Shown here: positions 21,418 through 29,262 of the stretch, piece after piece
How positions within the stretch are numbered: the stretch's first letter is position 1
How the letters are laid out: each line of letters begins with the position of its first letter
NCBI GenBank assembly: GCA_035449045.1
Contig: DAOTKC010000003.1
Span: 15,343-79,342, forward strand
From: Eubacteriales bacterium
Lineage (GTDB): Bacteria > Bacillota > Clostridia > Christensenellales > CAG-917
Direction: 5' to 3'
DNA: 64,000 bases
Position numbers and translations under genes: made by a program
The notes under the pieces: model-generated
Told to the model about the DNA's origin: nothing
What the model saw: only the letters and a program-made list of their open reading frames with translations
The model's database searches: none

Positions 21418-24400
21418 CGCCCTTCCCTCCGCATTTATTTTCGCCGTCAAAATCAGGCCTTGCTTCCTCTCCTTCGAAAACTAAAAAAGTATCGCTTTCG
21501 CCTAAGGCGCCGGCGGTTTTTTCGGATTTTTCGGGATAGTATATCGAGCACGCCGCCTCGGCGGCGCTATCCTCAACCGCTTCAAAATCCTCTCTAATTT
21601 TTACGCCGAGCCCCGAAAACGCGGCGGCGCCGTCCTCGTTTGCCCACGCAAACGATTTTACTTTGAAAACGGCTTTTGAACGCGGCCGCCTCAATTCCTC
21701 GACGCAAAGGCCGAGGTAGTCGCAGTGTTTGCAGCAGTCGCCGATCGGCGAGGGCGCGATGCTGCCCGCCGCGATCTCCTCCGCTGCGCCGGCAATCAGC
21801 TCCTCAACGTATTTTATTTCGCCCAAAAGCTCCTTTTCGCCGATAAAGCCATCGGCTTTTTTGACGGGAAGAAGCGTTTTTGAAAAGTCAGGATAAACCG
21901 AGTCGATGTCCGACGCGCCCTCGGGGCCGGCGACGCGGCCGGTATATCGCCGAAGCTTGCCGTCATCGCTCGAAAACTTGCTTTCGACGGGAATATAAAA
22001 CAGTCCCGCCGGTCTTAAACCCGTCGCGTTTATGACGGCGGCGGCATAGATGTAAATTTGAATTTTCAGCCCTAAATACGCCTGCGAAAGCGAAAACTCG
22101 GAGGCTTTTTGGCTGGATTTGTAATCAAAAATAAGCATTTTGTCGCCGTAAACGTCGACGCGGTCAATTCTGCCGATAAGCTTGAGCTTGCCGAAAGCGG
22201 TGTCGACGACGGCGGGCGGTATCTCATCGCCTCCGATTTTCACCTCTAAATATTTGGGCATAAATTTTGAGCGCTTAAGGTATCCCGAAAGCTCTATGAA
22301 AATTTCGGCGCATTCCTCCCCCAGCCTTTTCATAGTCGCCCTCTCGGCGGCGGAATTTAAAAAGTGGGGATATTTATTCTTTATCAAAGAGTCGAAAATT
22401 TTATTTGCCAAATCCTTGAGCTCGGACTCGGAAAGAATAAACCCATTTTTCATTTTCATCGCCGCACCGAATGCCGACTGTAAAAATGCGTGGATGATAT
22501 TTCCCATCATTAGCGCGTCGAGTTTGGATTCATCGCGCTTTTTGAGCCCGAGATAATAAGTGAGGAAATGTTTATAGGGGCAGGTGAAATAGGTTTCCAT
22601 TCTGGCTGCGCTCAGCGCGCCGCCCAACGGCGGCAGCGCGCCGATTTTTTTAGCCGCGGCAGGCATAGCCGCAAGCGCTTTCTTCCGCTCCATGGAAAGC
22701 AAAGGATAAACGGCTTCGTAGGGCGCCGCCAAGTGCTTGGGGAGGCGCTCCGACGCTGCCGTCATAATCTCGTGGTAGGCGTTTTCGGGCGTGGCGAAAA
22801 AGTGGGCGAAATCGGCAATTTCGCGCTCGGATGGCGAAGCCGAGGCTTTGGGCGCGTTTATTAGCTCCTGAGTGAGCGGCGAGCCGTCGGCATGAATAAA
22901 CAGGTTTTCAAACTCGTTAAAGAGTGTTGACGGACGCCTGAATTCGCCGTTTTGGCCGAGGTCGGAGGCCGTTACGTAAATTTTTTCCTTAGGCTTCGCT
23001 AGAAGCTGTATTAAAAAGAATATTTCGTCCTTGGCCGAAGTCAGGCGCGTTGAAAACAGCGGACGGCCGGTATTTAAGAAGGCGGCCTCCTCGGCGTCGG
23101 TGATGACGGAAGCGCCCTTGACTTCTCTCGGAATCTTTCCCTCGTGCGCGCCGACGACGAACATGGTGTTGACGTCGGCATAGCGGCTCTCGCCCATCTC
23201 GCCGATGAAGACGCAGTCGGCATACATGGGAATGAGCGCGACTTCGAGCGCCGAAACCGCCGACGCGAACATATCGCAAAACAACTTGAATTTTTCGCGG
23301 CGCTCGCCGAAAACCGCTTCGATTTCGGAAAACAAAAGCTTAAGCTTGCCGTCGACCTGCTCTAAGCATTCGGCGTAAAATCGGCTGTCCACCCGCACTT
23401 GCTCTATGTAGTCGGCAAGCTTTTTTTCATATCCGAGCTTTTCCAAAAACTCCTTGGAAAGTCTGACAAACTCATGTCCCGCGATTACGCGGTTTTTAAC
23501 CGAAATAAATCCACTCAAGGCGTCCGACATTAAAGCGCGCGCCGCCTCCGCCGACTCGGCCTCTTCACCGCCCGCCGTAAAGGGTGCTGAAAAGCGGGAG
23601 CGGTCGACGTTGTATTTCAAAACATAGTTTTCCAAGCTGTCGGAATCGACGCCGAGCAAGGGGTTTTTGACAAACTCGAGCACGGCGGAGCGCTCCAAAT
23701 CGGTCTCGACGGCCTTATGCGCCGAAAGCAGCAACCTTATGCCCGCCTGCCATGCGAGCTTTTCTTTTTTGTCGATAAAAAAGGGTATGCCGAAGCGCTT
23801 GAAAACGCGCTTGAATATCGCGGAGTATTCCTCGAGGTCGCCGGCCACTACGACAAAATCCTTATATCGCCTGCCTTCCTCGACGACGCCCCGCCTTATT
23901 GCCGCCGCAATATATGCAGTTTCGCGCTCGATATCGGAAAAGCGGAGGAGTTTTATGCTGTCGGTCTCCACAGGCTTGACATCGCCGAAAGAATATAGGT
24001 TGTGGGCAATTTGGAAAGGAACCGCTTTGAGCCTCGCGAAGCGCTCCGCGACTTCCGTTTTTATGCCCGCCGTTTCCATGATGTATTTTAGCTTTTCATA
24101 GGTGCGGTTGGGATAGAGCCGCTTATTGCTGCCGTAAAAATTGACGACGAGCGCGACGGAGAGAGAGCGCGCTTTGGTTGCCAGTTTTGCTATCACCTCA
24201 TATTCGGGCGAGGAAAACTCGAAAAAGTCGCAGACGTAGACGTTTGCGGGGAAGTCGGTCATTTCCTCTATCGCTTTGGCGAGCCCGATAAGGCGGGAGC
24301 TGGCATCTGAAAATCCGTCCTCAAGCGCCGATACGTAGGCATCATAAATAATCGCGAGGTCTTTAAGTTTTTTCGACGCCGATTTTTCGGCCGCTTTTGC

Positions 24401-24805
24401 GGCCTCTAAAATATCCACAGCCGAAAAACCGCTGTTTCGGAGCGCCGACACCGCAGTAAGAATCTCTTTGGCAAACGCCGGAGACCTTAAACCGCTCTTA
24501 AAATAAACGAGCTTTCCCGCGTTGTCGGAGAGCACCTTCGCCATCAGCATGACTGCGCCCTCGGGCGAAAGGCAGCGGGATTGCGCGCGGTTTTGATATT
24601 TCATGGCGAGCCGCCGAAAGCCCGCCACCTCTATATCAAGCGCACACTCCGTTTTCAGCGAAGTCAAAATGCCTTTTTCAACGTTCATGGTAAATTCGTC
24701 GGGAACGATAATCAAATGGTTGCCGCCTTCCGCTCTTCTTTTTTTAAGCTCGGCGACAATTCCCTCGTAAGCGTCGTAAAAGGTATTTGAGAGATAAATC
24801 TTCAT
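21407..24805 (-). CDS. addB: ATP-dependent helicase/nuclease subunit B (AddB), Fe-S cluster type
   Basis: Sits upstream of addA and overlaps it. Cys ligands CPYKHF ... CKHCDYLGLC flank a RecB-type nuclease motif (IDRVD...DYK). Confidence 0.9.
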   Translation of the reverse strand: MKIYLSNTFYDAYEGIVAELKKRRAEGGNHLIIVPDEFTMNVEKGILTSLKTECALDIEVAGFRRLAMKYQNRAQSRCLSPEGAVMLMAKVLSDNAGKLVYFKSGLRSPAFAKEILTAVSALRNSGFSAVDILEAAKAAEKSASKKLKDLAIIYDAYVSALEDGFSDASSRLIGLAKAIEEMTDFPANVYVCDFFEFSSPEYEVIAKLATKARSLSVALVVNFYGSNKRLYPNRTYEKLKYIMETAGIKTEVAERFARLKAVPFQIAHNLYSFGDVKPVETDSIKLLRFSDIERETAYIAAAIRRGVVEEGRRYKDFVVVAGDLEEYSAIFKRVFKRFGIPFFIDKKEKLAWQAGIRLLLSAHKAVETDLERSAVLEFVKNPLLGVDSDSLENYVLKYNVDRSRFSAPFTAGGEEAESAEAARALMSDALSGFISVKNRVIAGHEFVRLSKEFLEKLGYEKKLADYIEQVRVDSRFYAECLEQVDGKLKLLFSEIEAVFGERREKFKLFCDMFASAVSALEVALIPMYADCVFIGEMGESRYADVNTMFVVGAHEGKIPREVKGASVITDAEEAAFLNTGRPLFSTRLTSAKDEIFFLIQLLAKPKEKIYVTASDLGQNGEFRRPSTLFNEFENLFIHADGSPLTQELINAPKASASPSEREIADFAHFFATPENAYHEIMTAASERLPKHLAAPYEAVYPLLSMERKKALAAMPAAAKKIGALPPLGGALSAARMETYFTCPYKHFLTYYLGLKKRDESKLDALMMGNIIHAFLQSAFGAAMKMKNGFILSESELKDLANKIFDSLIKNKYPHFLNSAAERATMKRLGEECAEIFIELSGYLKRSKFMPKYLEVKIGGDEIPPAVVDTAFGKLKLIGRIDRVDVYGDKMLIFDYKSSQKASEFSLSQAYLGLKIQIYIYAAAVINATGLRPAGLFYIPVESKFSSDDGKLRRYTGRVAGPEGASDIDSVYPDFSKTLLPVKKADGFIGEKELLGEIKYVEELIAGAAEEIAAGSIAPSPIGDCCKHCDYLGLCVEELRRPRSKAVFKVKSFAWANEDGAAAFSGLGVKIREDFEAVEDSAAEAACSIYYPEKSEKTAGALGESDTFLVFEGEEARPDFDGENKCGGKGDGA

Positions 24806-24884
24806 ACAAAAATTTTAACACAGCTTATCCGCTTTCACAACCACGAACGGCTAAAAATTCAAAACTACAAGGCCCGTCATATCA

Positions 24885-24913
24885 TTGCCTAACCGAGCGA
24901 ATGGTGATATAAT
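24885..24913 (+). promoter_or_regulatory. extended -10 sigma-A promoter for the lipoprotein gene
   Basis: TTGCCT, a 17-nt spacer ending in TG-A, then TATAAT, 19 nt upstream of the ATG at 24932. Confidence 0.55.
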
Positions 24914-24931
24914 GTTCTTTAATATTGATTT

Positions 24932-25777
24932 ATGAAGAAAACATTTTATTTATCGGCATTAATAGTTCTTACACTCGCGCTGGCGTTTTCGTTTTCGGCC
25001 TGCTCGGCGACGCCCGTCGAAAAGCGCATGGCGGCGGCCTGGGGGCCTTACGAGCGGCTGACCTATGACGTTATCGAGGACGGCGAAATCATAGGAAGCT
25101 ACGTCTCGACCATCGAGAGCATTGAAAACATCGGCGGCATACCTTTAAAAATCAACGGCGTGCAAATTTCATTCACGGCGGGTTATTTGATAAAAACCGA
25201 GCTTACGATAGGCAATACAAAATGCTACGGCGAGGTTTTCATTCACAAAATCAATAACAATCAGATTTTCCGCCCCGAGGCGAGCCTTTTCAAAAAGGAA
25301 GTCGACGGCGAAATCACCGAGTCGACCTATATCAAGTATGAAAACGGCTCGGCTAAAGTGACCGCCGCAAAAAACGGCGACACTCAAAACTACGACGTCA
25401 AGCTGAAGTCTGTATTTTTCGATAATTTGAGCATCTACTATGTTCTTCGAGCTATGCCCTTTGAGGAAGGCGCGGCCAGCCTTACCTTCCTCGTTCCTCT
25501 CTCGGACGGCTCCGCCGCCAAAATGACGGCGTCCACATCCGCTGCCGCCCCTTTGAGCGGAATAGGCGCGTCAGCTTATTTTTCGGGCGCGGAGAGCGTG
25601 GATGCCTACTTGACTTCTTTGAGCCGCTCCACTTTCGTGCCGGGCGTCAGCTACTACGTTTGCTTCGCCAAACCTAACGCCGCCGCAGACGGAGCCGAGG
25701 TGAAAAAAGCGCCGCTGAAAATCATCGAAAACACTGTCACCTATATGCTGAAAGAAATAAAAACATCTCGCGGGTAG
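24932..25777 (+). CDS. putative lipoprotein of unknown function
   Basis: Signal peptide with lipobox (LALAFSFSAC). No family recognised. Confidence 0.75.
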   Translation: MKKTFYLSALIVLTLALAFSFSACSATPVEKRMAAAWGPYERLTYDVIEDGEIIGSYVSTIESIENIGGIPLKINGVQISFTAGYLIKTELTIGNTKCYGEVFIHKINNNQIFRPEASLFKKEVDGEITESTYIKYENGSAKVTAAKNGDTQNYDVKLKSVFFDNLSIYYVLRAMPFEEGAASLTFLVPLSDGSAAKMTASTSAAAPLSGIGASAYFSGAESVDAYLTSLSRSTFVPGVSYYVCFAKPNAAADGAEVKKAPLKIIENTVTYMLKEIKTSRG

Positions 25778-25883
25778 TCCGATTATAATCGGTGCAGGTT
25801 ATTTCCTAAACCCGATTACTTTTAACCATTTGCAAAACCATTTATAAAAGCTAAACCATAATAAGAATCTATTGATTTGAAAA

Positions 25884-25916
25884 ATACTCCCGAGGCCAAA
25901 CGGGAGTATTTTTTGT
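25884..25916 (+). terminator. intrinsic terminator
   Basis: ATACTCCCG-aggccaaa-CGGGAGTAT-TTTTTG, about 100 nt after the lipoprotein stop. Confidence 0.75.
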
Positions 25917-26063
25917 TTATTATCAAATATTTAGATGAATTTTTCGCTCTTTTTTCCCGCGTTATATTACGCCAATTATTTCTAGATATATTTGAGCCGC
26001 TCCGGGTATAAAAAACGTCGCGAATTGAGAAAATTATAGTGTATTCCAAAAAAGGAGGAAGCT

Positions 26064-26213
26064 ATGCCAGCAAAAATCTTTAAGACAGGCGAAAAACCCG
26101 GTGTGGGCAAATATTCCTGCACCAACTGCGGCACCGACGTCACGATGTCCAACGCGACTTCCAAGATGCCGCCCTGCCCCAAGTGCACCAACAACGAATT
26201 TACCAGAGTTTAA
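26064..26213 (+). CDS. 49-aa zinc-ribbon protein (CxxC-x17-CxxC)
   Basis: Below the ORF-track size cutoff. AAAGGAGGAA RBS 5 nt before the ATG. Translates to MPAKIFKTGEKPGVGKYSCTNCGTDVTMSNATSKMPPCPKCTNNEFTRV. Confidence 0.65.
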   Translation: MPAKIFKTGEKPGVGKYSCTNCGTDVTMSNATSKMPPCPKCTNNEFTRV

Positions 26214-26240
26214 TTAAAAAATAAAAAAGGAGTAAAAATC

Positions 26241-26390
26241 ATGCCTAACCAAAAACAAGAAAACAAGACCAACAACAAAACCCAGCAACGCGGAAACGAA
26301 AACAAGACCAACCAAAAGGCCGGCAACAAGACCGAAGGCAAAACGGAAGGCAAGACCGAAGGCAGAACCAACAATAAAGGTATGAAGTAA
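26241..26390 (+). CDS. 49-aa highly basic N/K/T/Q-rich low-complexity protein with a (TEGK/R)x3 repeat
   Basis: Below the ORF-track size cutoff. GGAG RBS 8 nt before the ATG, 27 nt after the previous stop. Translates to MPNQKQENKTNNKTQQRGNENKTNQKAGNKTEGKTEGKTEGRTNNKGMK. A terminator follows. Confidence 0.55.
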   Translation: MPNQKQENKTNNKTQQRGNENKTNQKAGNKTEGKTEGKTEGRTNNKGMK

Positions 26391-26431
26391 TTCAAACGTA
26401 AAGACTAATTCCGCAAGATAGCGGGAAAAAC

Positions 26432-26462
26432 AAAAATTCGGGCAGTAATGCCCGAATTTTTT
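26432..26462 (+). terminator. intrinsic terminator after the two small genes
   Basis: AAAAATTCGGGCA-gtaa-TGCCCGAATTTTTT. Confidence 0.8.
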
Positions 26463-26596
26463 ATGCAACGACGGTTGATTTAATTATTGATATTAAAAAA
26501 TCTTAACAATTATTAGTTTTATTTTTTACCGATATATGTTTGATATTTATTCTTTCGGTAGCCCAACGAAGCAAAATGCATTTTAACACATTTGGG

Positions 26597-27526
26597 TTAT
26601 TTGTTTTTCCTAAGCAGCGCCAAAACGTTTTCAAGATAGTCGGGAAGGGGCGCGGTAAAGGTCATTTCTTCTCCCGAAGCGGGATGGGTAAAACTCAAGC
26701 GGGCGGCGTGAAGAAGTTGTCCGGATAAATTGAAATCGTCCTTTTTGCCGTAAACGGTATCGCCTACCACGGGATGGCCGATATATTTTGAGTGAACCCT
26801 TATCTGATGGGTGCGGCCGGTCATAAGCTCGAACTCGGCGAAGGTATATGCAGAAAACCGCTCTAAAACTTTATATTTGGTAGCCGCCGCTTTGCCGTCC
26901 TTTACCACCGCCATCGTCTTTCGGTCGCGCGGGTTCCTTCCTATCGGCGCATCTACTATTCCCTCGTCATTTTTTAAAACGCCGTCCAAAAGAGCGAGAT
27001 AAATCCGCTTGGCGCTCTTCGTAGCAATCTGGCGGGCAAGGCTTCGGTGCGCGGCGTCGGTCTTTGCCACTACCAAAAGCCCCGAGGTGTTTTTGTCGAG
27101 CCTGTGGACAATGCCGGGACGGATGACGCCGTTTATTCCGCTCAAACTTCCCAGCCGAAATAACAGCGCATTGACCAAGGTGTGGCTCTTGGACGTCGGC
27201 GAGGGATGGACGGTCAAGCCTTGTTGCTTATTGACGACGGCAAGCTGGTCGTCCTCGTAAACTATGTCGATGGGGATATCCTCGGGAGTTAAATCAAGCT
27301 CCTCGGGCTCGGGCAGATAGAGTGTCAGAATGTCGCCCGCTTTTACCAAATATGATATTTTAATTTGCTTTTCGTCGAGATAAAGTCCGAATTCGGATGA
27401 AACCGTCTTAATTTGCGAGCGCGAAATGTTCGAAACCGCGGCTATAAAACTGTCCGCCCTCATGCCTTTGTGTTCCTCTTCGGCGGCAAACACCAGCCTT
27501 TCCAAAGCCCTGTCCGAGGCGTCCAT
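26597..27526 (-). CDS. rluD: RluA-family 23S rRNA pseudouridine synthase (RluD-like)
   Basis: S4 domain plus catalytic motif HRLDKNTSGLLVVAK. The real start is taken as the ATG at 27526 (MDASDRALERL), 1 nt after the lspA stop. The track ORF extends to 27703 across the lspA tail. Confidence 0.9.
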   Translation of the reverse strand: MDASDRALERLVFAAEEEHKGMRADSFIAAVSNISRSQIKTVSSEFGLYLDEKQIKISYLVKAGDILTLYLPEPEELDLTPEDIPIDIVYEDDQLAVVNKQQGLTVHPSPTSKSHTLVNALLFRLGSLSGINGVIRPGIVHRLDKNTSGLLVVAKTDAAHRSLARQIATKSAKRIYLALLDGVLKNDEGIVDAPIGRNPRDRKTMAVVKDGKAAATKYKVLERFSAYTFAEFELMTGRTHQIRVHSKYIGHPVVGDTVYGKKDDFNLSGQLLHAARLSFTHPASGEEMTFTAPLPDYLENVLALLRKNK

Positions 27527-27527
27527 T

Positions 27528-28142
27528 TCAGCCGCTCTCCCCGTCCGAAGCCGCACTTTCGGACTCTTCGCTTTCGTCCTCAATCGGGGTGCCGTTGTCG
27601 CCGAAACAGGCTTCGGCGTCGCTTCCCATCCCGTCTTCGGCGCTGTTATTTGCCGAGGCGGCGGCTTTCTTTTTTTGAGCGTCCTTAACGACGGCGACCG
27701 CAAGCGATAAAATCAGTAAAACGGCACCCACCGTAATGCAGGTGTCGGCGACGTTGAATATCGCGAAATCAATAAACTGAAAATTGAAAAAATCCCGGAC
27801 GTAGCCGAACTTTATTCTGTCGACCAAGTTGCCTATTCCGCCGGCGAGAATGACTACTAAGGGTAACCTTATATATTTTTTTTCTTTTCTCGCGACTACT
27901 AAATAAACCAAAAGCGCGGCCATGGCAATCGCGGTAAGCACGATGAGCGCCACCGTGCCGTTAGAAAAAAGCCCGAAGGATGCGCCGGTGTTCTCGGTGT
28001 ATCGAAGCTCGATGACGCCCTTAATCAGCGGATGGCTCCTCGTCGCCTTTTCCGCCAAAAACGCGCTGATATAGTGCTTGGACACCAAATCCGCGGTGAG
28101 CAACAGCGCAAATATAACTATTTCAACAATAAAAAAAATCAT
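27528..28142 (-). CDS. lspA: lipoprotein signal peptidase II (LspA) with an acidic C-terminal tail
   Basis: Motifs NTGASFG and GNLVDR and the aspartates of the peptidase A8 family. The ATG at 28142 overlaps the sepF stop (TGATG). Confidence 0.9.
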   Translation of the reverse strand: MIFFIVEIVIFALLLTADLVSKHYISAFLAEKATRSHPLIKGVIELRYTENTGASFGLFSNGTVALIVLTAIAMAALLVYLVVARKEKKYIRLPLVVILAGGIGNLVDRIKFGYVRDFFNFQFIDFAIFNVADTCITVGAVLLILSLAVAVVKDAQKKKAAASANNSAEDGMGSDAEACFGDNGTPIEDESEESESAASDGESG

Positions 28143-28435
28143 CAATCCCCCGTATCGCGTCCGCAGCGCGCCGTAAGTAAAAACATCCTGCCCTTAAGCC
28201 GCTTTATGCCGCCGCTCAAGGCGTAAACCGCGCCGCTTAAAATGTTCATAGCCTTTTCGGCGGAGTCCAGACTGAGTTCGGAAAAATCCACAATCGCCTG
28301 CTCTCCCCTCTTGAGGCTGTTTATTATCTGCTCGGCCTCGTCAAGGCTCTTTATGCTAAAGACCGAAACGATATCCCGCTCGTCGGTTGCCGCGCCCGGG
28401 CTCTTTTTGCCCCCGAAGATTTTATTGGTGTTCAT
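28142..28435 (-). CDS. sepF: cell division protein SepF (short form)
   Basis: SepF C-terminal domain (SLDEAEQIINSLKRGEQAIVDF...ILSGAVYALSGGIKRL). ATG at 28435 after GGGAGG. Sits downstream of ylmE, as in the dcw-cluster tail. Confidence 0.8.
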   Translation of the reverse strand: MNTNKIFGGKKSPGAATDERDIVSVFSIKSLDEAEQIINSLKRGEQAIVDFSELSLDSAEKAMNILSGAVYALSGGIKRLKGRMFLLTARCGRDTGD

Positions 28436-28581
28436 AAAATCCTCCCAAATTGCGATTATTACCGCAAATCGGGCGGCGCTTTTCATTGGTGGCCGAGCCT
28501 CGCCCGGCACTTTTTATCTGGCAATAACTGTTTTTTACTCGTCCGCACAGCCCTATCGGTAACTTACCGATCGGAATTATT

Positions 28582-29262
28582 TTAGGTGCGAGCGCCGAAT
28601 ACCGCGGTGCCCAGCCTCAGCATGTTTGAGCCGAACTTTATCGCCGTTTCATAGTCGTGGGACATGCCGGCGGACAAAATTTCTATTTTCTCGTCGGCTT
28701 CACTTAACGACTTAAACAAATCATAGAGCTTTTGATAGTAAGGCTCGAGCTCGGTCTTTGAAAGAAAGGGCATGACCGCCATAATCCCTTTTATGCACAC
28801 GTTCTCAAACTTTGCCGCGTCCGCCAAAAAATCGCAGGCTAACTCGGGCGCTATCCCGCCCTTAGCGGCGTCGCCCGCGATGTTTATCTCGAGGAGGCAG
28901 TCCTGAACAATCCCGTGTTTTTTAGCCTGCCTGTCAATTTCCGCCGCCAGCTTTAAGCTGTCGAGGGATTGAATGAGCGCGCATTTTCCCGCAACGTATT
29001 TTACCTTGTTGGTCTGAAGCCTGCCGATAAAATGCCACGTTATTTCGGGTGTCCACTTTTCGACAAGCTCCTGAGCGCGATTTTCGCCGAATATCAGCCC
29101 CGATTTAAGCGCATTGACCGCTAATACTAAATCGCGCGGCATCGTTTTGGATGCCAAAGTCACCATAATATCGGACGGCTTGCGATTTACTTCCTCGCAA
29201 GCCCTCACGATTTTTTTCTCGACCTTAACCAAGTTGTCTTTAATTTCTAAAAGCGACAGCAT
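28582..29262 (-). CDS. YggS/YlmE-family pyridoxal-phosphate homeostasis protein
   Basis: Alanine-racemase N-terminal-like fold, about 226 aa, with the motif HFIGRLQTNK. ylmE-sepF synteny. Confidence 0.88.
   Translation of the reverse strand: MLSLLEIKDNLVKVEKKIVRACEEVNRKPSDIMVTLASKTMPRDLVLAVNALKSGLIFGENRAQELVEKWTPEITWHFIGRLQTNKVKYVAGKCALIQSLDSLKLAAEIDRQAKKHGIVQDCLLEINIAGDAAKGGIAPELACDFLADAAKFENVCIKGIMAVMPFLSKTELEPYYQKLYDLFKSLSEADEKIEILSAGMSHDYETAIKFGSNMLRLGTAVFGART

Noticed and set aside
25822-26194. Minus-strand ORFs of 75 and 70 aa
   Set aside because: One lies across the lipoprotein terminator and AT-rich spacer. The other is antisense to the zinc-ribbon gene. Neither has an SD sequence or a recognisable motif.
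26210-26468. Minus-strand ORFs of 61 and 84 aa with LPSV/VLPS repeats
   Set aside because: They are the reverse-complement reading of the (ACC GAA GGC AAR) repeats in the plus-strand 49-codon gene. They have no RBS and begin at TTG. The plus-strand genes have SD sequences and flanking terminators.
27527-27703. 59-codon N-terminal extension of rluD in the ORF track
   Set aside because: It overlaps the lspA tail in another frame. The conserved S4-domain sequence begins at the internal ATG at 27526, placed 1 nt after the lspA stop.
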